A stretch of DNA of 63,992 nt, counting the filler, from Vicugna vicugna (Eukaryota), in the NCBI GenBank assembly GCA_013265495.1. It is 77 parts of 77 records of this genome, joined end to end, with 100 filler letters (N's around TTAATTAATTAA, not from the genome) between each part and the next. Parts side by side here need not be neighbours in the genome. Positions count along the whole stretch, not along the records: positions 35,460 to 36,410 come from MU059556.1; positions 36,511 to 37,632 come from MU059557.1; positions 37,733 to 38,919 come from MU059558.1; positions 39,020 to 39,850 come from PNXW01010061.1; positions 39,951 to 40,793 come from MU059559.1; positions 40,894 to 41,658 come from MU059560.1; positions 41,759 to 42,213 come from PNXW01010066.1; positions 42,314 to 42,680 come from MU059561.1; 69 more parts are not named here. One strand, given 5' to 3'. Below the pieces are notes generated by a model that saw only the letters and a list, made by a program, of their open reading frames with translations, ran no database searches and had not been told where the DNA came from. Position numbers and translations under genes: made by a program. This document shows, piece after piece, positions 36,091 through 49,526 of the stretch (position 1 is its first letter; every line of letters starts with the position of its first letter).

Positions 36091-37732
36091 GAGTACCTGA
36101 TAGGTCAGGTGAGGGTGGTGGGACTTGGTGACTGAGGATATCTGGGCCCTGAAGGAGGGGTCCATTCACATCTGTGAGTGATGGGCCTGAGTTGGGAGAC
36201 ACAGGGAGACCTTACCCTCTGACCAGGGGCCCTGGGCAGGACGGCTATGGGAGGAGCACTGTGAGGTCAGCTCTTTGCAGGTGGAGTTGTAGGTGCCCTT
36301 GAGGCATCTAAGTGCAGTGTCATGAGCTCAAACAGTAGGTCTGGGCCCGGGCTGTGCATTTTCCCATAATCTCAACCCCTGAGGACGCCGAAGTATTGAT
36401 CACTGGACGTNNNNNNNNNNNNNNNNNNNNNNNNNNNNNNNNNNNNNNNNNNNNTTAATTAATTAANNNNNNNNNNNNNNNNNNNNNNNNNNNNNNNNNN
36501 NNNNNNNNNNACTTTAGGAAAGAATGGTGTTAAGAGTAATGTATCTATCAAATTCTATATATATATTTATAATTTATATTTCACTGTGCTATTTTAAATA
36601 TCTAAGTAAATAGGCCAGTAAGAAATTTCCATAATTTTTAGAAAACCACATAAATTTTTAGATAATAGTATTTCTTTGACCTTCAATAATTAGAAGCTTG
36701 CCTAAATTACTTTTATTGCTAATTTATAAACATATATTGTGTACACATTAAAAGCTAGGAAAATAGTTTTCACAATATTGCCAAGTAAAAATCATACTGA
36801 CATAATCAAACTTAGAAAGGAAATGACTTTAATGTCACTGTATATCAAAGCAATGTATATTACACAGAAAACTGCATTTAAAGTGTACNNNNNNNNNNNN
36901 NNNNNNNNNNNNNNNNNNNNNNNNNNNNNNNNNNNNNNNNNNNNNNNNNNNNNNNNNNNNNNNNNNNNNNNNNNNNNNNNNNNNNNNNNNNNNNNNNNNN
37001 NNNNNNNNNNNNNNNNNNNNNNNNNNNNNNNNNNNNNNNNNNNNNNNNNNNNNNNNNNNNNNNNNNNNNNNNNNNNNNNNNNNNNNNNNNNNNNNNNNNN
37101 NNNNNNNNNNNNNNNNNNNNNNNNNNNNNNNNNNNNNNNNNNNNNNNNNNNNNNNNNNNNNNNNNNNNNNNNNNNNNNNNNNNNNNNNNNNNNNNNNNNN
37201 NNNNNNNNNNNNNNNNNNNNNNNNNNNNNNNNNNNNNNNNNNNNNNNNNNNNNNNNNNNNNNNNNNNNNNNNNNNNNNNNNNNNNNNNNNNNNNNNNNNN
37301 NNNNNNNNNNNNNNNNNNNNNNNNNNNNNNNNNNNNNNNNNNNNNNNNNNNNNNNNNNNNNNNNNNNNNNNNNNNNNNNNNNNNNNNNNNNNNNNNNNNN
37401 NNNNNNNNAGCAAGACTATAGAGATGTAATAGGGGTTCTGAATAAGTCAAGATTTTGTCCCTGAATATAGGAAGTGTTGGTTCTAAGGCCATAGCTCTCC
37501 CTGGTGACTGAGCATCACAATCACACATTTGATTTCCTCTGTTCAAGATTGGGAGAATGCTGAGAAAATCAAAGAGTAAAACTCAGGATTGCTGAATCAG
37601 GATGGAGGTAAAGAGTAGAATTGATGAATCTGNNNNNNNNNNNNNNNNNNNNNNNNNNNNNNNNNNNNNNNNNNNNTTAATTAATTAANNNNNNNNNNNN
37701 NNNNNNNNNNNNNNNNNNNNNNNNNNNNNNNN

Positions 37733-38919
37733 AAATTCTCTGTTCTGCATTCTATATTCTAAATTCTATATTCAGTAATCTGAATTCTATATACTAAATT
37801 TTGTGATCTGCATTCCACGTTCTGAATTCTGGGTTATATATTCTGTTTTCCATATTCTAAATTCTGTGTTCTACACTCTGTATTCTAAATTCTATATTCA
37901 GTATTCGGTGTTCTATATTTTAAATTCTATATTCAGTATTCGGTGTTCTATATTTTAAATTCTATATTCAGTATTCGGTGTTCTATATTTTAAATTCTAT
38001 ATTCAGTATTCGGTGTTCTATATTTTAAATTCTATATTCAGTATTCGGTGTTCTATATTTTAAATTCTGTGTAATGCATTCCATGTTCTAAATTTTGTGT
38101 TCTATATTCTGTATTCTGTATTCTACATTCTGTGTTCTACTTTCTATATTTTAAATTCTATATTATGTATTGTGCATTCTATATACTAAATTCTGTGTTC
38201 TACACTCTGTATTCTAAATTCTATATTCAGTAATCTGTATTCTATATTCTAAATTCTGTGTTCTGCATTCCATGTTCTNNNNNNNNNNNNNNNNNNNNNN
38301 NNNNNNNNNNNNNNNNNNNNNNNNNNNNNNNNNNNNNNNNNNNNNNNNNNNNNNNNNNNNNNNNNNNNNNNNNNNNNNNNNNNNNNNNNNNNNNNNNNNN
38401 NNNNNNNNNNNNNNNNNNNNNNNNNNNNNNNNNNNNNNNNNNNNNNNNNNNNNNNNNNNNNNNNNNNNNNNNNNNNNNNNNNNNNNNNNNNNNNNNNNNN
38501 NNNNNNNNNNNNNNNNNNNNNNNNNNNNNNNNNNNNNNNNNNNNNNNNNNNNNNNNNNNNNNNNNNNNNNNNNNNNNNNNNNNNNNNNNNNNNNNNNNNN
38601 NNNNNNNNNNNNNNNNNNNNNNNNNNNNNNNNNNNNNNNNNNNNNNNNNNNNNTGGGTTCTGTATTCTGTTTTCCATATTCTACATTCTGTGTTCTACAT
38701 TCTATATTCTGTATTCTATATTCTGCATTCCGTATTCTATATTCTATATTCTGTGTTCTACACTCTATATTTTTAATTCTATATTCAGTATTCTGTATGC
38801 TATATACTAAATTCTGTGTTCTACTGTGTATATTCATATTCTCTCTACAGTGTTCGGTATTCTATGTTCGAAAGTCTGTGTTCTGCTTTCCATGTTCTAA
38901 ATTCTGGTTTCTATATTCT
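37733..38919 (-). repeat. Heptamer satellite with five perfect 35-bp sub-repeats
   Basis: GTATTCGGTG at 37901, 37936, 37971, 38006 and 38041. Confidence 0.95.
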
Positions 38920-39019
38920 NNNNNNNNNNNNNNNNNNNNNNNNNNNNNNNNNNNNNNNNNNNNTTAATTAATTAANNNNNNNNNNNNNNNNNNNNNNNNN
39001 NNNNNNNNNNNNNNNNNNN

Positions 39020-39850
39020 ACTACATACATATATAAGGGTAGGTAAAAGCTCCAACGCGGTTTAGCAGTGAAACCTGCAGGAACATCAAAGCGGAACTAG
39101 GAAACAGACGAAAGAACCAGAGTAAGTGTTTCCCCTGCCAAATTTTCCCTTTGTGCTAGATGAACGAACGTCACTCCACATGCTCAGTTTTGACAGTAAA
39201 GCGTGTGTGAAAGCTGTCCTTCACCGAGCTTGAAGGGAACACAAAGTGTCTTTTAAGCAGCCAAATCCACTGCAAAAATATATATGGGTAGGTACCTGCT
39301 CCAACTCGGGAAAATGCAGGAAATTCAAACCGGCACTAGGAAACAGATTGAGAAAACATAGTAAGTGTTTCTCCTGCAAAGTGTTTCCTTTGTGCTAGAT
39401 GAACGAACGTCTCTACATATGCTCAGTTTTGAGAGTTAAGCACGTGTGAAACCCGTCCTTCATACATCTTGTTGGGAACAAATTTTCCCTTCATTTGCAA
39501 ACACCAATACATTCCTATATAAGGGGAGATATAAGCTCCAAATCGTTTTTACAATGAAAACTGCAGGAACTTCCAACCACCACTAGGAAACAGACTCAGA
39601 ATCCAGACTAAGTGTTTCTTATGCAAATTGTTCCATTTGTGCTAGATGAGCGAACGTCTCTCTACATGTTCAGTTTGGAGAGTTAAGCGTGTGTGAAATC
39701 CGTCCTTCACATACCTTATTTGGAACACAAAGTTTCTCTTCAGTTGCAATCTCCACTACATACATATATATGGGGAGTCACAGGCTCCAACATAGTTTTC
39801 CACTAAAAACTGCAGAAATTTCAAACCGGCACTATGGAATAGTCTGAGAA
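39020..39850 (+). repeat. ~248-bp satellite, more diverged copies
   Basis: TAAGTGTTT...GATGAACGAACGTC motif recurs at 239-247 nt; same family as 11664-12477. Confidence 0.93.
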
Positions 39851-40580
39851 NNNNNNNNNNNNNNNNNNNNNNNNNNNNNNNNNNNNNNNNNNNNTTAATT
39901 AATTAANNNNNNNNNNNNNNNNNNNNNNNNNNNNNNNNNNNNNNNNNNNNTTGACCCCAGGCAGTCTGACTCTACAACCCTTTAAACTATCTGCTTGTCA
40001 AAAACAAGAATAGGAGAGTCTACTTTTATGTGTCCCAACATGGTGTCACTTTCTGTGGTTTCTAGAGCCTACCTCACCCCCCAGCCACTGCTGCAGAAGA
40101 GCAGACATCCTATAGCCCTGAATATGAACCATTCTCTGCCTGGGTCACTTGGAAGGATCAAAACCCTGGATTTCACATGGGCCTGGGACTACTTTGAGCC
40201 TTTCATGGAAGTTAACAAGGCAAGGATCTTGACAGAGCCCTGACTTTAAGGGAATGGCCTAGGTCTTCCTTGTCCAAGGCCACCCAAGATCCAGAGGACA
40301 GCCAGGTGGGCCTTTGTGTANNNNNNNNNNNNNNNNNNNNNNNNNNNNNNNNNNNNNNNNNNNNNNNNNNNNNNNNNNNNNNNNNNNNNNNNNNNNNNNN
40401 NNNNNNNNNNNNNNNNNNNNNNNNNNNNNNNNNNNNNNNNNNNNNNNNNNNNNNNNNNNNNNNNNNNNNNNNNNNNNNNNNNNNNNNNNNNNNNNNNNNN
40501 NNNNNNNNNNNNNNNNNNNNNNNNNNNNNNNNNNNNNNNNNNNNNNNNNNNNNNNNNNNNNNNNNNNNNNNNNNNNNNNN

Positions 40581-40793
40581 CAATGTTCACTAGCAATATT
40601 TACAATAACCAAGACATGAAAGCAACTCAAATTTCCATCAAAAGATGAATGGATAAAAGTGTGGTACGTATATACAATGGATACTACTCAGCCATAAAAT
40701 AAGAATGAAATTTGCAGCAACATGGATGCATCTAGAGGTAATCATACTAGTGCAGTAAGTCAAGCAGAGAAAGATAAATATATGATTTCACTT
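40581..40793 (+). mobile_element. LINE-1 3' ORF2 fragment
   Basis: GATGAATGGATAAA...TACTACTCAGCCATAAAA. Confidence 0.88.
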
Positions 40794-41758
40794 NNNNNNN
40801 NNNNNNNNNNNNNNNNNNNNNNNNNNNNNNNNNNNNNTTAATTAATTAANNNNNNNNNNNNNNNNNNNNNNNNNNNNNNNNNNNNNNNNNNNNATATTTG
40901 CTTAGCTCTTGGTTTCTATACAGCCATTGTGGGAGGGGTTGTCCAAAGAAACCTCTTTTGACATTGTGTTGTTATCTCATTTGCAGTCTTTAAGAATTTT
41001 AACAGAATTCATTTCCATGTTTTGGGAGTTATACGAAAATGAAGTTATTTTTTGAAACACACTAAATCGACCTAGAAGCCAGACTTGTCAATTTTGGNNN
41101 NNNNNNNNNNNNNNNNNNNNNNNNNNNNNNNNNNNNNNNNNNNNNNNNNNNNNNNNNNNNNNNNNNNNNNNNNNNNNNNNNNNNNNNNNNNNNNNNNNNN
41201 NNNNNNNNNNNNNNNNNNNNNNNNNNNNNNNNNNNNNNNNNNNNNNNNNNNNNNNNNNNNNNNNNNNNNNNNNNNNNNNNNNNNNNNNNNNNNNNNNNNN
41301 NNNNNNNNNNNNNNNNNNNNNNNNNNNNNNNNNNNNNNNNNNNNNNNNNNNNNNNNNNNNNNNNNNNNNNNNNNNNNNNNNNNNNNNNNNNNNNNNNNNN
41401 NNNNNNNNNNNNNNNNNNNNNNNNNNNNNNNNNNNNNNNNNNNNNNNNNNNNNNNNNNNNGTTCTTCTATCAGTGATGAGAACAGTTAATCTTCCGATCA
41501 TGTTGGGTAAAGCCATTTAACGCAACCAAGTCTGCACCCACATGATATAGTGCCCCCGGGGGCTTGACTCAAATGAAAGATGATCCACATATGCTGTGTC
41601 TTTAATGTCATTAGCGAATTTTACAGTACACTTCACTTTCTGACTTGTACTATTTACCNNNNNNNNNNNNNNNNNNNNNNNNNNNNNNNNNNNNNNNNNN
41701 NNTTAATTAATTAANNNNNNNNNNNNNNNNNNNNNNNNNNNNNNNNNNNNNNNNNNNN

Positions 41759-42213
41759 ACAGCCTCTCCAGCATTTGTCACTTGTGGACTTTTGAATAAT
41801 GGCGATTCTGACTGGTGTGAGGTGATACTTCATTGTAGTCTTGCTTTGCATTTCTCTGATAATTAGTGATACTGAGCATTTTTTCATGTGCCTATTGATC
41901 ATTTGTATTTCTTCCTTGGAAAATTGCTTGTTTAGGTCTTTTGCTCATTTTTGTATGGGGTTGTCTGTCTTATGAAGTCATATGAGCTGCTTATATATTC
42001 TGGAGATCAAGCCTTTGTCAGTTTCATCTTTTGCAAATGTAGTTTGTCTTTTTGTTTTATTTATGGTTTCCTTTGCTGTGCAGAAGCTTGTAAGGTTAAT
42101 GAGGTCCCATTTGTTTATTCTTGCTTTTATTTCTATTGCTTGGGTAGACTGCCCTAGGAAAAGATTTATGACATGTATGCGAGATAATGTTTTGTCTATG
42201 TTTTCTTCTAGGA
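41759..42213 (-). mobile_element. LINE-1 ORF2 C-terminal fragment
   Basis: [43 protein letters not shown]. Confidence 0.95.
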
Positions 42214-42313
42214 NNNNNNNNNNNNNNNNNNNNNNNNNNNNNNNNNNNNNNNNNNNNTTAATTAATTAANNNNNNNNNNNNNNNNNNNNNNNNNNNNNNN
42301 NNNNNNNNNNNNN

Positions 42314-43542
42314 CAGTTTCAAGAATCACACTTTGATCCCAGAAATACCCTCTTGGAGAGAATTCTAACCAAGAGATATATAATTTGAATACATTCCATC
42401 TACATGATATTCCGTGTTCATTACATGCTAAATACATGACGGATTTGACAAACATGCATTCTTGAGTTGAGAGCATGTGGATTACTAATCTTTCATCCTC
42501 TATAAAAGGAATATAATCATCTAGACTCGTGTACACATTTTCACNNNNNNNNNNNNNNNNNNNNNNNNNNNNNNNNNNNNNNNNNNNNNNNNNNNNNNNN
42601 NNNNNNNNNNNNNNNNNNNTTCCACGTAAATGTAGTTTACAAGAATTCCCTCAACATGGCATTCCGGGTTCCGTACATGCNNNNNNNNNNNNNNNNNNNN
42701 NNNNNNNNNNNNNNNNNNNNNNNNTTAATTAATTAANNNNNNNNNNNNNNNNNNNNNNNNNNNNNNNNNNNNNNNNNNNNAGAAAAAACTCTTTGAGAGA
42801 ATTCTCAACAATACACATGTAATTTTCATTGTTTAAAGAACCTTGGCATTCCGTATTCCGAACATGTTTCATGCTTCACGGATTCTTCAAACATGCATTT
42901 CTGAGTTGTGAACATGCGAATGACTCATATTTCAAACACCAAACAAGTTACCTATGCACTTTGAAATATTTACTTGGACTTCGTAGCTTCTTTCTATCAC
43001 CAGTTTCAAGAATCAAACTTTAATCTCAGAAAAACACTCTTGGTACGAATTCTATCCTAGAGATATATAATTTAAATANNNNNNNNNNNNNNNNNNNNNN
43101 NNNNNNNNNNNNNNNNNNNNNNNNNNNNNNNNNNNNNNNNNNNNNNNNNNNNNNNNNNNNNNNNNNNNNNNNNNNNNNNNNNNNNNNNNNNNNNNNNNNN
43201 NNNNNNNNNNNNNNNNNNNNNNNNNNNNNNNNNNNNNNNNNNNNNNNNNNNNNNNNNNNNNNNNNNNNNNNNNNNNNNNNNNNNNNNNNNNNNNNNNNNN
43301 NNNNNNNNNNNNNNNNNNNNNNNNNNNNNNNNNNNNNNNNNNNNNNNNNNNNNNNNNNNNNNNNNNNNNNNNNNNNNNNNNNNNNNNNNNNNNNNNNNNN
43401 NNNNTGTGAGCATGTGGATTACTGACCTTTCATCCACCGAAACGAACGTATATAGAGTTAGAAATATTTACTGTGACTTCATAGTTTTATCTATCTCCAG
43501 GTTCTAAAATCGAATATTCGGCACCAGAAAACACTCTTTGAG
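42314..43542 (+). repeat. Trimeric ~740-bp satellite (two scaffolds: 42314-42680, 42781-43542)
   Basis: A, B and C subunit blocks. Confidence 0.9.
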
Positions 43543-43642
43543 NNNNNNNNNNNNNNNNNNNNNNNNNNNNNNNNNNNNNNNNNNNNTTAATTAATTAANN
43601 NNNNNNNNNNNNNNNNNNNNNNNNNNNNNNNNNNNNNNNNNN

Positions 43643-44095
43643 GATTTTAGATTATAGAATACAGAACACTGAATATAGAATTTAGAACACGGAATGCAGG
43701 ACACATTGTTTAGAATATAGAATACAGAATACTGAATATAGAATTTAGAATATAGTGTGAGGAACACAGAATATAGAATATAGAATAAAGAATATTGACA
43801 CCATAATTTAGAACATGGAAAGCAGAACACTGAATTTACAATATAGAATACAGAATACTGAAGATTGAATTTAGAATATAGAATGTAGAACATAGTATAA
43901 ACAATATGGAATACGGAATGCAGAATATAGAATGTAGAATATAAAATGAAGAACACAAAATATAAAATATAGAATAGAGTATATAGAACCCAGAATTTAG
44001 AACATTGAATTGCAGAACAATGAATTTAAAATATAGTATACAGAATACGGAATAAACAATTAAAAAATTGATGTAGAACACAGAATATAGAATAT
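43643..44095 (+). repeat. Heptamer satellite
   Basis: NGAAYRY units in register. Confidence 0.93.
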
Positions 44096-44749
44096 NNNNN
44101 NNNNNNNNNNNNNNNNNNNNNNNNNNNNNNNNNNNNNNNTTAATTAATTAANNNNNNNNNNNNNNNNNNNNNNNNNNNNNNNNNNNNNNNNNNNNACAGA
44201 AGCAGTGGGCTGTTAACATGAAGAAAATTTAAGGCATGGTTAAACACTAATTACGATAGTATCTTTATGTATAATTTATTAGAATCACTTATTTATTAGT
44301 ATCTTTACCTAGGATTGGCATATCACCACTCAAGTTTACTTGCTGCAGAAACAATCATGAGAAATGACATGGGAAAAAATAACCATTCACTTTGTATTTT
44401 TCCTTCCACTTCTATTGAGATATAATTGGCGTAGAACATTGTGTAAGTTTAGGTGCACAGGATAGTGATTTGATTTAAAAGTAAAAAAGTATCATGTAAT
44501 AAATATCAAAGCAACTTTAGTGAGAATTGAATATCTCATTTTGATACAATAATTAAAGAAATACAATTTTTTTGTTTGTGATGAGAAAACTTAGGGTGTG
44601 CTAACTTAACAACATTCATATATAACATAAATCAGTATTAATTGTAATTNNNNNNNNNNNNNNNNNNNNNNNNNNNNNNNNNNNNNNNNNNNNTTAATTA
44701 ATTAANNNNNNNNNNNNNNNNNNNNNNNNNNNNNNNNNNNNNNNNNNNN

Positions 44750-45613
44750 CCTGGAAATACCTTCCCTGGCCTTGGGGAGGCAGCGTATGTCACTCGGATA
44801 TCCTACAAACACCCCTACCATTCCCTGGCACAGACTCATTAAGAAAACACTCATGGGAGACGAGCTTAGGCATTCCGTTAGAATCCACGCGCTGCCGACC
44901 GTTGGTGGAACCTCCCCACGCTCAGGATTCCGGAACCATTGTCAGTGCGTGGGGGAGCTCGAGAGACAACTTCACGCANNNNNNNNNNNNNNNNNNNNNN
45001 NNNNNNNNNNNNNNNNNNNNNNNNNNNNNNNNNNNNNNNNNNNNNNNNNNNNNNNNNNNNNNNNNNNNNNNNNNNNNNNNNNNNNNNNNNNNNNNNNNNN
45101 NNNNNNNNNNNNNNNNNNNNNNNNNNNNNNNNNNNNNNNNNNNNNNNNNNNNNNNNNNNNNNNNNNNNNNNNNNNNNNNNNNNNNNNNNNNNNNNNNNNN
45201 NNNNNNNNNNNNNNNNNNNNNNNNNNNNNNNNNNNNNNNNNNNNNCAGCTCTCTTCATTCACAGGAGTTCCCTGTTCGGGGAAGTCCGGGAAATACCTTC
45301 CCTGACCTTGGGGAGGCAGCGTATGTCACTGGGATATCCTGCAAACCCCCCTACCATTCCCTGGCACAGACACATTAGGAAAACCCTCAGGGGAGACGAG
45401 ATTGGGCATTCCGCAAGAAACCACGCGCTGCCGACCGTTGGTGGAACCTCCCCACGCTCAGGATTCCGGAACCATTGTCAGTGCGTGGGGGAGCTCGAGA
45501 GAAAACTCCACGCAGCTCTCTTCATTCACAGGATTTCCTTGTTGGTGGAAGTCCGGGAAATACATTCCCTGACCTTGGGAAGGCAGCATATGTCACTGGG
45601 ATATCCTGCAAAC
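44750..45613 (+). repeat. 267-bp satellite
   Basis: Tandem monomers with shared local variants. Confidence 0.95.
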
Positions 45614-45713
45614 NNNNNNNNNNNNNNNNNNNNNNNNNNNNNNNNNNNNNNNNNNNNTTAATTAATTAANNNNNNNNNNNNNNNNNNNNNNNNNNNNNNN
45701 NNNNNNNNNNNNN

Positions 45714-46210
45714 GGGGAGCTTGAGAGACAGCGCCACGCAGCTCTCTTCAGTCACAGGAGCCCCTGTCCGGATAAGTCCGAGAAAAACCTTCCCTGAACT
45801 TGGGGAGGCAGCCTCTGTTACTGGGATTTCCTGCAAACCCCCCTAGCATTCCCTGGCACAGAGACATTAGGAAAACCCTCAGGGAGACCAGCTCAGGCAT
45901 TCCGTTGGAACCCACGCGCTGACGACCGTTGNNNNNNNNNNNNNNNNNNNNNNNNNNNNTCAGTGCGTGGGGGAGCTCGAGAGAGAGCTCCACGCAGCTC
46001 TCTTCAGTCACAGGTGTTCCCTGTCCGGGGAAGTCCGAGAAATACCTTCCCTGACCTTGGGTAGGCAACCTCTGTCACTGGGATTACCTGCAAACCCCCC
46101 TAGCATTCCCTGGCACAGAAAAATTAGGAAAACACTCAGGGGAGTCTAGCTCATGCAGTCCGTTGGAACCCACGCGCTGCCGACCGTTGGTAGACCCTCC
46201 CCACGCTCAG
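45714..46210 (+). repeat. 267-bp satellite
   Basis: Tandem monomers. Confidence 0.95.
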
Positions 46211-46310
46211 NNNNNNNNNNNNNNNNNNNNNNNNNNNNNNNNNNNNNNNNNNNNTTAATTAATTAANNNNNNNNNNNNNNNNNNNNNNNNNNNNNNNNNN
46301 NNNNNNNNNN

Positions 46311-47131
46311 ATCCTGAGCGTGGGGAGGTTCCACCAACGGTTGGCAGCACGTGGGATCTAACGGGATGCCTGAGCTAGTCTCCCCTGAGTGTTTTCCAAT
46401 ATCTCTGTGCCAGGGAATGCTAGGGGTTTTGCAGGAATTTCCAGTGACAGAGGCTGCCTTTCCAAGGTCAGGGAAGGTATTTCTCGGACTTCCCCGAACA
46501 GGGAACACCTGTGACTGAAGAGAGCTGCGTGGAGTTGTCTCTCGAGATCCCCCACGCACTGACAATGGTTCNNNNNNNNNNNNNNNNNNNNNNNNNNNNN
46601 NNNNNNNNNNNNNNNNNNNNNNNNNNNNNNNNNNNNNNNNNNNNNNNNNNNNNNNNNNNNNNNNNNNNNNNNNNNNNNNNNNNNNNNNNNNNNNNNNNNN
46701 NNNNNNNNNNNNNNNNNNNNNNNNNNNNNNNNNNNNNNNNNNNNNNNNNNNNNNNNNNNNNNNNNNNNNNNNNNNNNNNNNNNNNNNNNNNNNNNNNNNN
46801 NNNNNNNNNNNNNNNNNNNNNNNNNNNNNNNNNNNNNNNNNNNNNNNNNNNNNNNNNNNNNNNNNNNNNNNNNNNNNNNNNNNNNNNNNNNNNNNNNNNG
46901 CTCGAATCCGCTGAGGGTTTTCCTAATGTCTCTGTGCCAGGGAATGCTGGGGGGGGTTTGCAGGAACTCCCAGTGACAGAGGCTGCCTCCCCAAGGTCAG
47001 GGAAGGTATTTCACGGACTTCCCCAAACAGGGAACAACTGTGACAGAAGAGAGCTGCGTGCAGTTGTCTCGCGAGCTCCCCCACGAACTGAAAATATTTC
47101 CGGAATCTTGAGCGTGGGGAGGTTCCACCAA
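46311..47131 (-). repeat. 267-bp satellite
   Basis: Monomers on both sides of a gap. Confidence 0.95.
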
Positions 47132-48139
47132 NNNNNNNNNNNNNNNNNNNNNNNNNNNNNNNNNNNNNNNNNNNNTTAATTAATTAANNNNNNNNNNNNN
47201 NNNNNNNNNNNNNNNNNNNNNNNNNNNNNNNTGCACTGGGTGTGGCCATGGGACATATCGATAATTTCAACTGCGTTCGCCAGGGTGGTTCCCTGCTCAT
47301 TGGGGTCACAGGTCGGTTTGCTCTCTTGATAGGACCCACCACATCCCACAACGCACTCCAGATCCCTGAGACTCAGCGTGTGCCACCATCCGTACCCCTA
47401 TCCCTCCCTGTACGCTGCCTCTGCTACCTCAAATTTGGCAGCTTGGATCTTGGTCTCAGAATCAACTGTGGGGATATTTTGCACTGGATTCTTTGNNNNN
47501 NNNNNNNNNNNNNNNNNNNNNNNNNNNNNNNNNNNNNNNTTAATTAATTAANNNNNNNNNNNNNNNNNNNNNNNNNNNNNNNNNNNNNNNNNNNNTAAAA
47601 TGTATATTTTTGCTATTTAACAAAAAATGCCTGGCAGTAAAAATACAGACTTTATATCTCTTGTAGAATCACAATGGAAAAGTAGCTGAATTGTAACAGG
47701 AAAGCAATGTGGTTCAAATCCACAAATTCCTGTATTAAACCTTTATGGAAGTTTTGAATTATAAACCTCTATAGAAAACTGTGTATAAGTTTTATGACAC
47801 CACATTCATGCTCCCTGTGATGTGCTGTTGATAAAGTAGAGCTTTTCAAGATATACATCATAGAAATTATTACTTAGACCTGGTTAAATGGTTAGGTTAG
47901 TATGGTCAAGGGAATATTTTATGTGTTACCTTTTGATATTGATCCCCTCAAAATGCTAAGATTCTTACCACATTATTTTGAATACCACAAATACAATTGT
48001 GCTTTTGCTGGCTCTACCACTATTGAAAAATAGTTTTCANNNNNNNNNNNNNNNNNNNNNNNNNNNNNNNNNNNNNNNNNNNNTTAATTAATTAANNNNN
48101 NNNNNNNNNNNNNNNNNNNNNNNNNNNNNNNNNNNNNNN

Positions 48140-48857
48140 CTGCGTGGAGTTGTTTCTCGATATCCCCCACGCACTGACAATGGTTCCGGATTCCTGGGTG
48201 TGGGGAGGTTCCACCAAGGGTCGGCAGCGCGTGGGTTCTATCGGAATGCATAAGCTCGTCTACCCTGAGTGTTTTCCTTATGTCTCTGTGCCAGGGAATG
48301 CTAGGCGTCATTGCAGGATATCCCAGTGTCAGAGACTGCCTCCCCAAGGTCAGGGAAGTTATTTCTCGGACTTCCCCGAACAGGGAACACCTGTGACTGA
48401 AGAGAGCTGCGTGGAGTTGTCTCCCGAGCTCCNNNNNNNNNNNNNNNNNNNNNNNNNNNNNNNNNNNNNNNNNNNNNNNNNNNNNNNNNNNNNNNNNNNN
48501 NNNNNNNNNNNNNNNNNNNNNNNNNNNNNNNNNNNNNNNNNNNNNNNNNNNNNNNNNNNNNNNNNNNNNNNNNNNNNNNNNNNNNNNNNNNNNNNNNNNN
48601 NNNNNNNNNNNNNNNNNNNNNNNNNNNNNNNNNNNNNNNNNNNNNNNNNNNNNNNNNNNNNNNNNNNNNNNNNNNNNNNNNCTCTCGAGCTCCCCCACGC
48701 ACTGACAATGGTTCCGGAATCCTGAGCGTGGGGAGGTTCCACCAACGGTCGGCAGCGCGTGGGTTCTAACGGAATGCCTAATCTCATCTCCCATGAGGGT
48801 TTTCCTAATGTCTCTGTGCTAGGGAATGATAGGTGTGATTGCAGGATATCCCAGTGA
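48140..48857 (-). repeat. 267-bp satellite
   Basis: Monomers on both sides of a gap. Confidence 0.95.
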
Positions 48858-48957
48858 NNNNNNNNNNNNNNNNNNNNNNNNNNNNNNNNNNNNNNNNNNN
48901 NTTAATTAATTAANNNNNNNNNNNNNNNNNNNNNNNNNNNNNNNNNNNNNNNNNNNN

Positions 48958-49426
48958 TCTCTGTGCCAGGGAATGCTAGGGGGGATTCCAGGATATCCCA
49001 GTAAAAGAGGCTGTCTTCCCAAGTTCAGGGAAATTATTTCTCGGACTTCCACGAACAGGGAACTCCTGTGACTGAAGAGAGCTGCGCGGCGTTGTCTCTC
49101 GAGCCCCGCCACGCACTGACAATGGTTCCGGAATCCTGAGCGCGGGGAGGTTCCACCAACTGTCGGCAGCGCGTGGGTTCAAACGGAATGCCTAAGCTCG
49201 GCTCCCCTGAGGGTTTTCCTAATGTCTCTTTGCCAGGGAATGCTAGGGGTGATTTCAGGATATCCCAGTGTCAGAGGCTGCCTCCCCAAGTTCTGGGAAG
49301 GTATTTCTCGGGCTTCCCCGATCAGGGAACACGTGCGAATGAAGAGAGCTGCGTGGAGTTGTCTCCCGAGCTCCGCCACCAACTGACATTGGTTCCGGAA
49401 TCCTGAGCGTGGGGAGGTTACACCAA
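48958..49426 (-). repeat. 267-bp satellite
   Basis: About 1.75 tandem monomers. Confidence 0.95.
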
Positions 49427-49526
49427 NNNNNNNNNNNNNNNNNNNNNNNNNNNNNNNNNNNNNNNNNNNNTTAATTAATTAANNNNNNNNNNNNNNNNNN
49501 NNNNNNNNNNNNNNNNNNNNNNNNNN

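Noticed and set aside
45900..45916. TTCCGTTGGAACCCACG resembling the human CENP-B box core CGTTGGAA
   Set aside because: Only 5 of 9 essential positions match; the CGGG half is absent.
47232..47495. Possible L1 5' UTR or ERV leader fragment
   Set aside because: No diagnostic motif I can assign with confidence.
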